A stretch of 32,209 nucleotides of DNA from Callorhinchus milii. Its lineage: Eukaryota. The stretch is from positions 1 to 32,209 of the forward strand of contig NW_024705602.1 in the NCBI RefSeq assembly GCF_018977255.1, written 5' to 3'. The position numbers were made by a program, and so were the translations under genes. This document shows, one piece after another, positions 22,348 through 32,209 of the stretch. The notes beneath the pieces were generated by a model. The model worked only from the letters and a program-made list of their open reading frames with translations, was not told where the DNA came from and did no database searches. Every line of letters begins with the position of its first letter. Positions within the stretch are counted from its first letter, which is position 1.

Positions 22348-24333
22348 GAAAGCAATATGTGGGAGTTGATGGAAGATATTCTGTTCTCGGGCGACTTCAT
22401 CTGCAGCAAGTGTCTGCAACTGAAGTAGCTCCAGCTTATAGCAGCTGAGCTGGAATGCAAGTTGCAGACACTGCGCTGCATCAGGGAGAACGAGAACTTC
22501 CTGGATAATATGACGGAGAAAGCGGTCACTCCTATGAGATTCAGTAAATGTACAGATCTTGTTAATGGACAGGGACAGGATAGTATGATTATCAGTGCGG
22601 CAGGTAACGGGACCGGTCAGAGCGTTGTGATGGAGCCTTGGGATTTAAACTTGTCGAACAGTTATGAGGTACTTCAACGTGTGTTGACATGGAAGCCCTT
22701 AAGAATGGTGGGAAAGCTGGCCCAAGCATCTCTGTGCACCAGGCCATACATGTGATGGAAGTACAAAGAAATGCGGTTATGATAGGGGACAAGACAATTA
22801 GGAGAACGCATGCTCTTCTCTGCGAACATAACCAGGAGTCACATGGGCTCTGTTGCTTTCCTGGAGCCAGGGTTAAGGACTTCAGTTCAGGGTTGGAGTA
22901 GAATTTGAAGCAGGAGTGGAAGGATGCAATTGTTGTGATCCACATAGGAACAAATGTCATAGGTACGATTAGTATGGTGCTCTAATGAGGGCATCTGATT
23001 AGACACGTTTCAGGTGGATTCCATCCAACAGACACAGTGGGCTCAGAAAGGGAGTTTTTGATTGCAGTAGGAAGATGGGACGTGCAGTCCAGAATTCCCA
23101 TGGAAACGTGGCTTACAGAAACCTGTCTAACGTACTGAAAATCGTTCAGGGTGATGACAACACAGGGAGAGGAGACGAACCAAATTGATGCACAGTTGGA
23201 CACAGAGAAGAGTTTGAGTGAAATTGTCATTGGGAATACAATCTTCAAAGGAATAGACAAATGTTTCTCCAGTGTTCACAGAAGATGAGGATGCAGCCAA
23301 TGCCACAGGATTAGATAAGAGGGAACAGAAATTGGATAGGTCAAGAAAAAATCAAGTTACTGAAAATCAGTCGATGCTCAGAGTAGATAAGTCGCTAGGA
23401 CGAGACGGGATGAATCCAACTTCACTGAAAGGAAGAAAGGCTGGAAATGACGGAGTCTCTGGGCATAACTGCTCAATTCGTTTTGTACACCACGCGCTAC
23501 CAGAGGCAGAAAGAAATTCAAGTGTTAGTTTCCCATACAACAAAGTGGCAGAAGGATAAATCCTTTCACTATAGACCAGTCAAAATCACTGCATAGTGTG
23601 GCAACTTGTAGAGACTAAAATCTTATAGGGACAAAATTCATTGTCACTTAGAAAAATATGGTTTAATAAAGAACAGCCAACACGGTCCAAAAAATTCGAT
23701 AAGGTTTTTTTTCCTGAAGTAACAGAAAGGGTGGAAGAAGCTTCTGCAAATGGTGTTGTCATTGATTTTCAAAAGGCGTATTAGAAAATACCACATAAGA
23801 CACTGGTGAGCAAAATAGAAGCCAACGGTTTTAAAGGGAAGGTGTCAGCATGGAAACAGAATTGTCTGGGATACTGAAAGCAGAGAGTGGTGTTGAACGT
23901 TTGATTTCCTGAAAAGAGGGAAGTCTGCAGTGCTGTCCCACAGTGTTCTTTATTTGGACCACTGGTGCTTTTGAGCTCGAAATATCAAATATTCAATGTA
24001 GGACGACAACGGGCAGTGCTTTTCTTGGTGCAGAGTAGGAACTGGATTTGGAGGCTGGCTGTACCCAATCAATTGAGAAGGTGACCTTGTATATACTTCC
24101 CATCTATGTTTGTCGAAATGTCGATATAAAAGGTGACCGTGTACTGGATTTTATAGGTAGAACCAAAAGGTAAAGAAAGTCAACTTGCAACGGCACGTAT
24201 GTGCATATCATTCGATAGATTGCACCTGAAGCATTGCTTTCACATGTGCACGTTCTCATATTAGGAAAGATACTTAGGTGTTGGTATGGATGCAGAGGAG
24301 ATGTACCAGAATAATCCCAAGGATGTGGGCCTG

Positions 24334-24668
24334 TGTAGTCAATGGCTCATTGTCGTTACCTGAGGTTCGGTGCCCATCTGTCTGAAGACAGAGAAAATCT
24401 CTTGAAGTCCAAGGCATTCAAAATAGAGTGAGTGACTGGGCCCGGCTCTAGATGACATAGTAAAAACTTCAAAGCCGGTCAATCAGGGAAACAGCTGGCA
24501 GACAATCCATCCACTATCCCTTTTGCAAAACCCAAGACATTTTGACGTTGACATTGCTGGGCACACTATAGGAGGCAAAGGATGGACAGCATGTCTCCCC
24601 ACAGGGGAAAGTGAGCTGATGACGCCGGCTATTATATATAGAGGTTAGCAACCAAAATGATTGATTGA
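24334..24668 (+). mobile_element. Unclassified ~335-bp retroposon-like insertion within CR1 ORF2
   Basis: CR1 coding homology stops at about 24333 and resumes at about 24669; GGGCCTG is duplicated at 24327-24333 and 24674-24680; ends in ATGATTGATTGA. Confidence 0.45.
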
Positions 24669-25402
24669 ATGAAGGGCCTGGACTATGAGGATTGCCTAAG
24701 TATATTGGCCATGTACACACCGCNAAAAAAGATGATTTCGCGGAGACATGATTTCTGTCTTCACTAAGATGAAGGTGCGAAATTCAGAATAAATTTAGAG
24801 AAACACTGTTTCAGTTAGCGGACAGTTAATCTGTGGAAAATGCACCCAAGGGAGTGAGAAGCTTCAAGCAGGTAGTGTTGATTCTTTGAAACACGGATCA
24901 CATAGTTTTCTCTAATGAAATAACATGATAAGATTTAGCACAGAGAGAGATTGCGCAAAAGGTGCATCCACTCTCTCATAGTTTGGGAAAATCGTGGTTT
25001 CACTCTCACTGGGTAAGAACAATACTTTTTGGTGGATGTTGGGCCAGGGCATGACCAACCATTTCTTTTTACCCAACCCACGAGCCTGGTTATGAAACCC
25101 ATTTTGTCACAATGAATTCAGCCGCCATTCATGCGCTCTGATCACAAACCACAATCATAGTCATTTAATACATCATGTAACTGGCCTGACTCAGATACAG
25201 ACACACCCTGACCACTACACGCATTAGATTTCGTTCCAGCTTTCTGTTGTTCAACACGTCACCTTTGAGTTGGATCAGCCCCCATGAGATCCTGCTTACA
25301 TCCTCCAAGGAATCCAGTCAGCAGTTCGTGCCAGAAGAGAAATATTGATGTTTCACAATCATTTGTGCAAATAGCCTATTCCCAGTGGAGACAGTTCAGG
25401 GA

Positions 25403-25408
25403 TATAAA
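25403..25408 (+). promoter_or_regulatory. Candidate TATA box of the GPCR gene
   Basis: TATAAA about 55 nt upstream of ATG 25462. Confidence 0.4.
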
Positions 25409-25461
25409 GACTGGCAGCTTTGAGTGTCCAGCACTGGCAGTCTATCCGCTGGTGTTAGACA

Positions 25462-25561
25462 ATGTTGAGAGCGTTAGCCTACGTTCCGTGGCAGTATCTG
25501 CCAACGCTTTTTCGGATAATGATAGTTTATTATCCTATTCTTGCAGCTGTTGGTATTACAG
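25462..25561 (+). CDS. GPCR exon 1 (short N-terminus and first half of TM1)
   Basis: MLRALAYVPWQYLPTLFRIMIVYYPILAAVGITG; in-frame stop TAG just upstream (25456-25458); donor CAG|GTAGTT. Confidence 0.85.
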
Positions 25562-28128
25562 GTAGTTAGTTAAAGACACATTTTACTTCTATTGATGTAC
25601 GACAAGTTTGCGCATGGCACACACATCTGCTTCTTCTCTTCCAGCTGTGACTCCTGTTCCGCTGATGTCCTTTTTGATGTCTCTATAAAGATAAGATATT
25701 GTCGTTTGCAAAACCCTCTCCACTTTCGCTGTGAGACTGATAGTGTGTTCCTTCTTCTTTCAGGGTCGGCTCGCTACGACGCGTGTTGCAATGGTGACCG
25801 TAGGCACAGTCCAAGAAGAATATCTTGAGTTCTGATCTGACGGTCGCTCAAAAGGGCGTGAGATGGAGTTATTGAGGGTCCAGTGTTTCAGAACTCATTG
25901 GCTGTCAGAATGTCTGGAGGTGGGGGAATGCTGAGCAGATGAGCGAATCAGAGGCTGGATATGCTAGGTCTGTCAGTAGGTTGAGAGAGGGAGAGACGCC
26001 ATGACAAGGAATGGTTTGTACATGTATTGTGAATCTTGAAATGAATGTTTATTGTGGCAATCAGGCAGTCAATCCTGACGGGTTGTGGAGTGATGGAAGT
26101 GCGGAGATTGTGGCAGTGTGGACTTGGTTGGAATTGTTTTGAATGAGTTGGATGTTGTGAATGAAGGAACTGTTGAGACCAGGGAGAAAATCTTTGCAGA
26201 ATCACGAATTTGTCGGTGTCTGACCATAAACAGCACGATTAATTCCTTCACTTTGTGGAGTCCTGTAGCTCATTGGTTAGAGCACTGGCTTTCCAAGCGA
26301 GAGACCTGAGTTCAATTCCAGACAGGGCGAAACCTTGGGCAAGTTTCCTTACTCCACACGCCTAATAATAATCCCTCCAAAAAAGCAAAACAATAATAAA
26401 TTGGTCATTTTCAATCTAACATTCTTTGTGGAACATTGCTGTGCGCAATTGGCTGCCGCGTTCGCCCACAAATATACAGTCAATTCGCTTTGCAGTGTGT
26501 TCTGTGAAGCGCTTTGGGACGTCCTCCCGCCGTGAAAAGCGCTATGTCAAATGCAAGGATTATTATTATTGTTATTACTTATTTTGATTTTAGTCTGTAC
26601 TATGTTGTGCGTGATGCGCATTCTAAGGATAACAAGGCAGAGGAATTTTGAACGTCGTCTTAAATAAGAGGAGGGAGGTTCAGATTCATTTTCGCATCTG
26701 AGGGAACACATATTTATGTTCATTATGATCCACAACTTTCAGATTATATTCAGTGTATTTGCTTGACCAATTCCTATCAGATGGTGACATGATTCTAACC
26801 ACAGAAGAGTAACGAATATTTGAAGCTCCAATGTTTATTTAGAGGAAACATATCCAGAATATTTTGAGAAGTTTTATTCTATTTTCTGGAAGTGAAAGAG
26901 GAGATCTTTCATGTGTAACTCGACAGGCGACAGAGAGTGAATGAGGTTCAGCATCTTACATATGATTCGGTTTTCTTTATTGTGCAGTTCATTGGTTAAA
27001 TCATATCTGTAGCTCAATTGTTAGCACAGTCGCCTGACAAAAGAGTTAGTAGTGTGTGATCACTTCAATATTCCTTAATAATGACTTCACAATATTCTTG
27101 AAAAGACTGAACCCTTCAATCCATGCGTGTTTTTGGGACACTGCTCTGTGAATGAAGTTTGAGCAAAATAACATCAATTTACGCAGCTCGCAGTTAAATA
27201 TGTTTGTTTGCTGCTACTTTGTCTCACAGGGAATCTGTTGGCCATTGTGGTCCTGTCCCGGGGAAAGTGTGGGCTCGCAAAAGGTATCACCCTCTACCTG
27301 GTGGCCATGGCAGTGGCCGATCTCCTTTTCGCCTTCAACGATGTGGTTTTGAACGCAATCCATTCTCTTTATTTCGATTACACATTTCTGGACATCACTC
27401 CCGTGTGTTCACTCAGATTGGTGCTGAAGTCGGCGGTGACAGACATGTCAGTCTGGTTCACAGTGGCTTTCACCTTTGATCGCCTGGTCGCCATCTGTTG
27501 TGCGAAACTGCAAACAAGTTATTGCAGCGAGAGAACAGCAGCCGTGGTTGTAGGAGTGATATCTTCTCTGAGCTGTTTCATCAGCATTCCCTGGTACTTT
27601 ATATTTGAGCCCAGTGAGATACTGAACAATGTGCCTTGGTATTGCCAGTACAAAGAGGCTTACTACACCTCTGCCACATGGATTGTATATCATTGGTTTG
27701 ACACAATAATAACCCCGTTTGTTCCATTCTTTCTGATTTTGCTGATGAACGTGGTGATAGTCAGACACATTTTAGCCGCCAACAGAATCCGCAGAAATCT
27801 CCTGCACCAGAAAAGTAATAGTGGCAACGATGCAGAGATGGAGAATCGAAGAAAATCCATCATCCTACTCTTCGCCATATCCGGCAGCTTCATCGTGTTA
27901 TGGCTGATGTATGTTTTAGATTTCATATTATCACGAACGTTAGACAAATATTTCTACCAAAGTTACAGAGACCCAGTGTATGTTGTCCAACATGTGACAG
28001 ACATGCTTAAGGTTTTAAGTTGCTGCACAAACACCGTCATTTACGCTTTAACACAATCTAAGTTCAGAAAGGATGTCAAATATCTCGTGATCTATCCGTT
28101 TAAACACATATTTAAACTATTTAAGTAA
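25462..28128 (+). CDS. Class A GPCR, GPR139/GPR142-related; join(25462-25561,27230-28128), ~332 aa
   Basis: Phase-1 GT-AG intron joins YYPILAAVGIT-G to NLLAIVVLSRGKCGL; 999 nt with no internal stop; seven hydrophobic segments; YLVAMAVADLL, SVWFTVAFTFDRLVAIC, CCTNTVIYALTQSKFR. Confidence 0.9.
25835..26235 (-). mobile_element. Highly decayed L2-like ORF2 3' fragment in the GPCR intron
   Basis: Minus-strand translation RTSITPQPVRIDCLIATINIHFKI resembles the L2 motif R..HITP.L..LHWLP...RI.FKI. Confidence 0.4.
26255..26583 (+). mobile_element. Full-length tRNA-derived SINE in the GPCR intron
   Basis: GTGGAGTCCTGTAGCTCATTGGTTAGAGC...GAGTTCAATTCC...(TTA)n; same family as 11111. Confidence 0.92.
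27230..28128 (+). CDS. GPCR exon 2 (TM1 second half to TM7 and C-tail)
   Basis: Acceptor TTTGTCTCACAG|GG; open frame to TAA at 28126-28128. Confidence 0.93.
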
Positions 28129-28231
28129 AGGTAAATGTGTGCCACTCGTTGTAATATTTGAAACGTTGACAACGAATCATAATTTAATGAGGCAACTGAT
28201 AGCCTGACTTTGATTTCAAGTGGTGCGCTGC

Positions 28232-28237
28232 AATAAA
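28232..28237 (+). terminator. Polyadenylation signal for the GPCR gene
   Basis: AATAAA 104 nt after the stop codon. Confidence 0.55.
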
Positions 28238-28679
28238 ATTAATCCTTGTAATCGATGTAGAGCATTACTACGCCATCTGAAAGGGTTTCACGGAATATAC
28301 TGTCAATTAAGTTGCAGTTAACGGCTGAATGGGGCTCCATGATTTTGGAGGTGTCCTTGTTGCTCTGTGAACGTTCCTCCAGATACTTTGATATTTTCAT
28401 TATTTTATTCCAGATTCCGTTGAAACTAAGCTCACCCAAAGTCAACAAGCAGCAATTACGTGTTGCTGCTTAACTCGAAAATTATTTTAAACATTGCCTA
28501 AAACTTGCCTAATCAAAACCTATTTGAATAATCTACTCAATAATTTTTTTATTCAGGGTTTTGCCCGTGAAGATTTTGATTAGGCAAGTTGAACTAACGG
28601 CCAAAGTCATATATTAAGAAGGTTGGAAATGTAAAAGAGAGAGAGGGCAAGAGATGTGGATCAGTGGTGAAAGAGCCAT

Positions 28680-29560
28680 AGATGTGTCGTTTATGCAGGG
28701 TTATTGGGTGAGGAGGTGATCGAGGTGAGCTTCAGAAGCATAAGAATTCAATCATGTATCGGTCTTTGGTTAATTTTGAAGGGAAAAACGTCAAGTGTTC
28801 TCTTCAGGTTGGTATTTTTTAGACATTGTCAGAGTCTTCGAGAGTTGTAGCAAATTATGTGGCAAATAAACATTGGAATTTTATTCTGTAAAATACTTGG
28901 ACCAGTAGCTGAATTGTACAGTTTCCTTTCTATCTTTCGTTATTTGCTGAGTTACCTTATCAGCAAATAAACATTTCACGTAATTTGAACAACGCAACTG
29001 TGTCATATTGCATTGTCTTGTTCATCTAAATATTGGCAGTTCAATTCGAGTCTGTAAGTATGTTGACCCCAGCAACGCTGGAGTTTGGTATTGCTGTTAT
29101 CAGCCGCGCGGCAATCACTATCTGCAGCTGGAAGGGTTCGCGGTGGCTAAGGATGTGATTGATTAGAGAAATGCTCGTCTTCCTGACCCACTGCAGCAAT
29201 GGCCCCTATTATTCCACTCTCCACACTGAGACCTCCCAACCGCCGGGTCCTCCTGCTGCCACACAAGGAATTTCAACAGGGAGGGAGCGGGAGGTAGACG
29301 GTTGGAAATGGTATCTCGCCAAAACAGTTCATCGCCGGGACACATGCGGCCCGCGTGCCGCCATTTCGACACCACTTTTGTAGAGTATCGAGACAGTGAA
29401 TTCTCACAGTGAAGTGATTGTGGATGTCAAATTGCAGTGAGATATGTGTCCAATTTTTATTGATGGTGTTGTCAGCCGGGACTCAAGGAGAAAATCACTT
29501 CCATTTTTGATACATATCATTGTGCAGAATATTGTCAACCAAATTTATATATACAGAATT
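28680..29560 (-). repeat. ~870-bp element, right arm of the inverted repeat pair with 12329-13200
   Basis: Reverse complement is colinear with 12329-13200. Confidence 0.9.
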
Positions 29561-30800
29561 CTGAGGCATCTACAGCCTTCTGGGGATTTCCACAAATTCC
29601 GTAAATACACTACCCTTCGAATGAAGAAATATTTCATCAAATCGTTTCTGAAAGGCTGACTTTTAATTTTAAGTCTGTGAACCCTGGCTATAGATTCTCC
29701 TACCAGGGAAACAGACCCTCAGTGTCTACTTTATCCAGCCCTTTAAGAATCTTATATTTTTTCAATAAGATCTCCCCTAATTCTTCTGTAATTCAATTGT
29801 TCATGCGCCTGATTCTTTCGTTGTGGTGCCTTGTTGCCCGAGGTACCGGGAGTGACCCAGAGATCACCAAATTTGATGATCTTGAATTGAGTTTGCTCCC
29901 CAGCTTTTGATACACGTCCTAGAGCATCTCAGCCCTTTTCTTACGAATATAGTGGGACCCCACATCGACCACGACTTCTGAGCATTCTCCTTCCCCTCGA
30001 AGAATCTTGTCCATGGCTCTGTGAAGTCCACTGCCTTGCAGCAGGAAGGCAGCAAACCATCCTAGCTTCACGATCCTGATTACAGAAGATCCTGTCAGTG
30101 CCTCTTACTGTTGAATCCCCTATCACATCTCTATTGCCCTTGCTAAAAATGCCCTTGTCCTGTTGGACAGAATGTCCACTGCTGTCCTCACGAGAGGCTT
30201 CCAGGCTCTCGATAGCTAAAGGCGAGTACCGATAAGTGACTGGTACTCTGTTGAGGGCCCTCTGCCTTGAAGAAACCCTCTTTTTCCCCCTTCGCAGTGT
30301 CAACCAATCATTGTTAGCATGAATGAAGGGTGGCTGTGTGTTGGGCTCCTCTGGGAGTGTTCCATTTCTTGAACTCTGACCTGCCGATAGCTCCAGTACC
30401 CTACTCTCATGGATACTATGCAGCGATGGTCTGCTAGAGCTGAGTCCTTGGGGAGTGACGGCCTCCTGCACCATGCTGTGCAGGAACCGCTCACTGTCCC
30501 TGATGAAGCGCAGTGTCTGCAACTGAGACACCAGCTCAGCTGATCGAAGTTTGATCTTCCTCAGTTGCAGACATTTGCTGTTGTGAAGTCACCTGGGCTC
30601 AGGTTGCCCTCCATCAACACCCACATACCACATTCCTCGCATATCACCTGCCAGGCCATTATCTATCTCCTCTTACTTCCCCCTCGATATATAACCTGCA
30701 CCTACTTTCCCATCTGCACCCAATTCCCACTCTCACCAAATTCCCTCACAATCTGGACTGGCCTCACTCCGGAGGTAATTCAATCTGGGCTCTCTGCTGG
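29558..30800 (-). mobile_element. Internally deleted CR1 LINE: 5'UTR and ORF1 joined directly to the ORF2 C-terminal end
   Basis: ATG at 30659: MAWQVICEECGMW...SKCLQL...LQTLRFIRDSE; VIGDSTVRGTDRIFC..DREARMVCCLP; VISGSLPVPRA; then GDLIEKYKILKGLDKVD..LFP at about 29560-29795. Confidence 0.85.
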
Positions 30801-30901
30801 GCTCATTCCCCAACTCAGTCAGTGAGAGAGACAGACACAGAGACACAGAGACAGAGACTGTGTGGACATGTGTCTGTCTCTGTGTCTCTGTCTCTCACAC
30901 T

Positions 30902-30986
30902 GACTACAGCTCCCAGGATGCACCTCGCGGCCCGGCCCTATCATCAGAGGTCACTGAGCCGTGAGGCATGCCGGGAGCTGTAGTTC
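30902..30986. promoter_or_regulatory. Inverted pair of ZNF143/Staf (extended SBS, ACTACA-NNTCCCA) motifs
   Basis: GACTACAGCTCCCAGGATGCAC (+, 30902-30923) and GAACTACAGCTCCCGGCATGC (-, 30966-30986) both match ACTACAnnTCCCrrnATGC. Confidence 0.75.
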
Positions 30987-31086
30987 CGGGTCTGTGCCGC
31001 AGACTGAGACTGTGATTGTGACAACATAGAGAGAGAGGGACAGAGAGAGACTGTGACTGACCAGTGGTCGCCATGACCTCTCTCTT

Positions 31087-31290
31087 TAATAATAATAAAC
31101 CTTTGCATTGGATATAGTGCCTTATCACAGCTTCTCGACGTCTCAAAGCGCTTCACAGAATAGAGGATAAGATGTAGTGACTGAATATTTGTGGGCGAAA
31201 CGCGGCAGCCAATTGTGCACAGCAGCGTCCACACAAACAGCCGTGGGTTGAAATGAACAATTTCATGATTGTTTTTTTCAGGGATTAGTT
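31087..31290 (-). mobile_element. Older, diverged 3' half of the same SINE superfamily
   Basis: (AAT)n...CTCAAAGCGCTTCACAGAA...GTGGGCGAAACGCGGCAGCCAATTGTGCACAGCA. Confidence 0.85.
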
Positions 31291-31529
31291 TCAGGCTTTT
31301 TGGTGATTTTGAATAAGAGACATAAAATAAAAATCTGAATAATAATCAATCAATAATAAATAATATTAATAATAAAACCTGGGCGTTTTAGAAACAATTC
31401 TTCAGTTTGAAAAATATTTCCCACTCTCTCTCTCCCTCTCTCTGTGAGTCTTTTTTGTGCTACCAATTTTCGATCTCTCTCCCTCACGAGACTCGCCACG
31501 AACGGTCACAATATGCATGAATTGATGAC

Positions 31530-31600
31530 AGATCAGACTGTTATATTTATACGAGGCCTTTTATACAGCGATCAGGATATGATAAAGAAAGCAGGCCCTG
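31530..31600 (+). repeat. Short stretch of the 20-bp repeat family seen at 1-2256
   Basis: CTGTTATATTTATACGAGGCCTTTTATACAGCGATCAGG. Confidence 0.55.
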
Positions 31601-31629
31601 TTTGAAGGTAGTTAGACAGGTAGAAAACA

Positions 31630-32209
31630 CTTTCAAAAAAAGCGTACAGGATTCCAAACTTCATCAACAGGGGTACATTATGCAAACGTCAGGAATATTT
31701 GACGTACTGATATAAATCATTGGTTGAGCCTCAGCTATTGTACTGTTTTCGGTTCACGGCTCCAAACATCAGGAAGGATGTCAAGGCATTGCACAGGATG
31801 CAAATGAGATTGACCAGGATGATACCAGGAAATAGCAACTTCAGTTATCAGGAGAGGCTATGGAAGCATTAATCTCCCTGGAGCAAAGAAGTTTAAGAGT
31901 TGAGTTAATAGAAGTATTCCCAATTTGAGGGGCTTAAACAGAGTAAATAAGGAGAAAATTTTGCCACTGGCTTGTCGGTCGGTAACGCAAGGGCACAATT
32001 TAAAATAGTTGCTGAAAGAAACAGATGGGAGAAGATGAAATTTCTTTTCAAGCAGCAAGTTGTTTCCATCTGGAATGCATTGCGTGAAAGGGTTTTGGAA
32101 ACCGATTCAATCCAAACTAATTATGTGGGGGTGAGGGTGGGGGGGGGGGGGGGGGGGGGCAAGGGAAACTTTCCTGAACTATTGGGAGAGTGCAGGTGAG
32201 TAGAGTTGA
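31630..32209 (+). mobile_element. Decayed CR1 LINE ORF2 C-terminal region and 3'UTR
   Basis: KKAYRIPNFINRG...YKSLVEPQLLYC...RKDVKAL.RMQMRLTRMIPG..NFSYQERL...QGHNLK...VVSIWNAL. Confidence 0.85.

Larger units (their letters stand above)
21430..24900 (+). mobile_element. Decayed, internally deleted CR1 LINE (5'UTR, ORF1 zinc finger/leucine zipper plus SGNH esterase, ORF2 RT remnants)
   Basis: ORF1 from ATG 21997: MASQVLCE..(SINE)..MWEL...ICSKCLQL...LQTLRCIRE; IGDKTIRRT...CCFPGARVKD...VVIHIGTN. ORF2 remnants: METWL, SVFTED, VDKSLGRDG, YRPV, KNSQHG, DFQKA, KQRVVLN, AVPQCSLFGPL, QRRCTRIIP, RGDMI. Many stops and frameshifts. Confidence 0.85.

Noticed and set aside
27008..27060. tRNA-like A box GTAGCTCAATTGTTAGCAC
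   Set aside because: No B box or cloverleaf; at most a decayed SINE head
27208..27229. ORF-track start of a single-exon 306-aa GPCR
   Set aside because: This is the intronic pyrimidine tract; TM1 is completed by exon 1 at 25462-25561
12329..29560. Intact Polinton/Maverick element suggested by long inverted repeats and ~17-kb size
   Set aside because: No pPolB, integrase, ATPase or capsid ORFs; the interior is host gene, LINE and satellite sequence
29941..30531. 196-aa ORF as a host esterase gene
   Set aside because: It is frameshifted CR1 ORF1, with a second decayed copy at 22462-22970
32139..32159. Poly-G run as a functional G-quadruplex
   Set aside because: A homopolymer inside decayed CR1 near the window edge; it may be a sequencing or assembly artefact

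Overview
Repeat-rich vertebrate genomic DNA, most likely from a cartilaginous fish, probably a holocephalan such as elephant shark. This is inferred from the SINE family, CR1/L2 content, a chondrichthyan-type Penelope-like repeat and the GPCR type. Two intact spliced genes can be reconstructed on the + strand. (1) A six-exon class IV TRIM gene (RING, B-box2, coiled coil, PRY/SPRY; CDS 3029-10057, about 472 aa) with an ISRE immediately upstream. (2) A two-exon GPR139-related class A GPCR (CDS 25462-28128, about 332 aa). Between them is a CCAAT/GC-box promoter built from about 168-bp tandem modules, followed by an orphan first exon. The rest is tRNA-derived SINEs with L2-type tails, decayed CR1 and L2 LINE fragments, and large strand-biased mini/microsatellites. 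The most unusual items are: a 136-bp TSD-flanked insertion carrying a degenerate hammerhead-ribozyme core; an about 870-bp inverted repeat pair bracketing about 15.5 kb that includes the GPCR; and an inverted pair of ZNF143/Staf sites next to a hairpin at the 5' end of a CR1 copy. Most ORFs in the supplied track are repeat artefacts.
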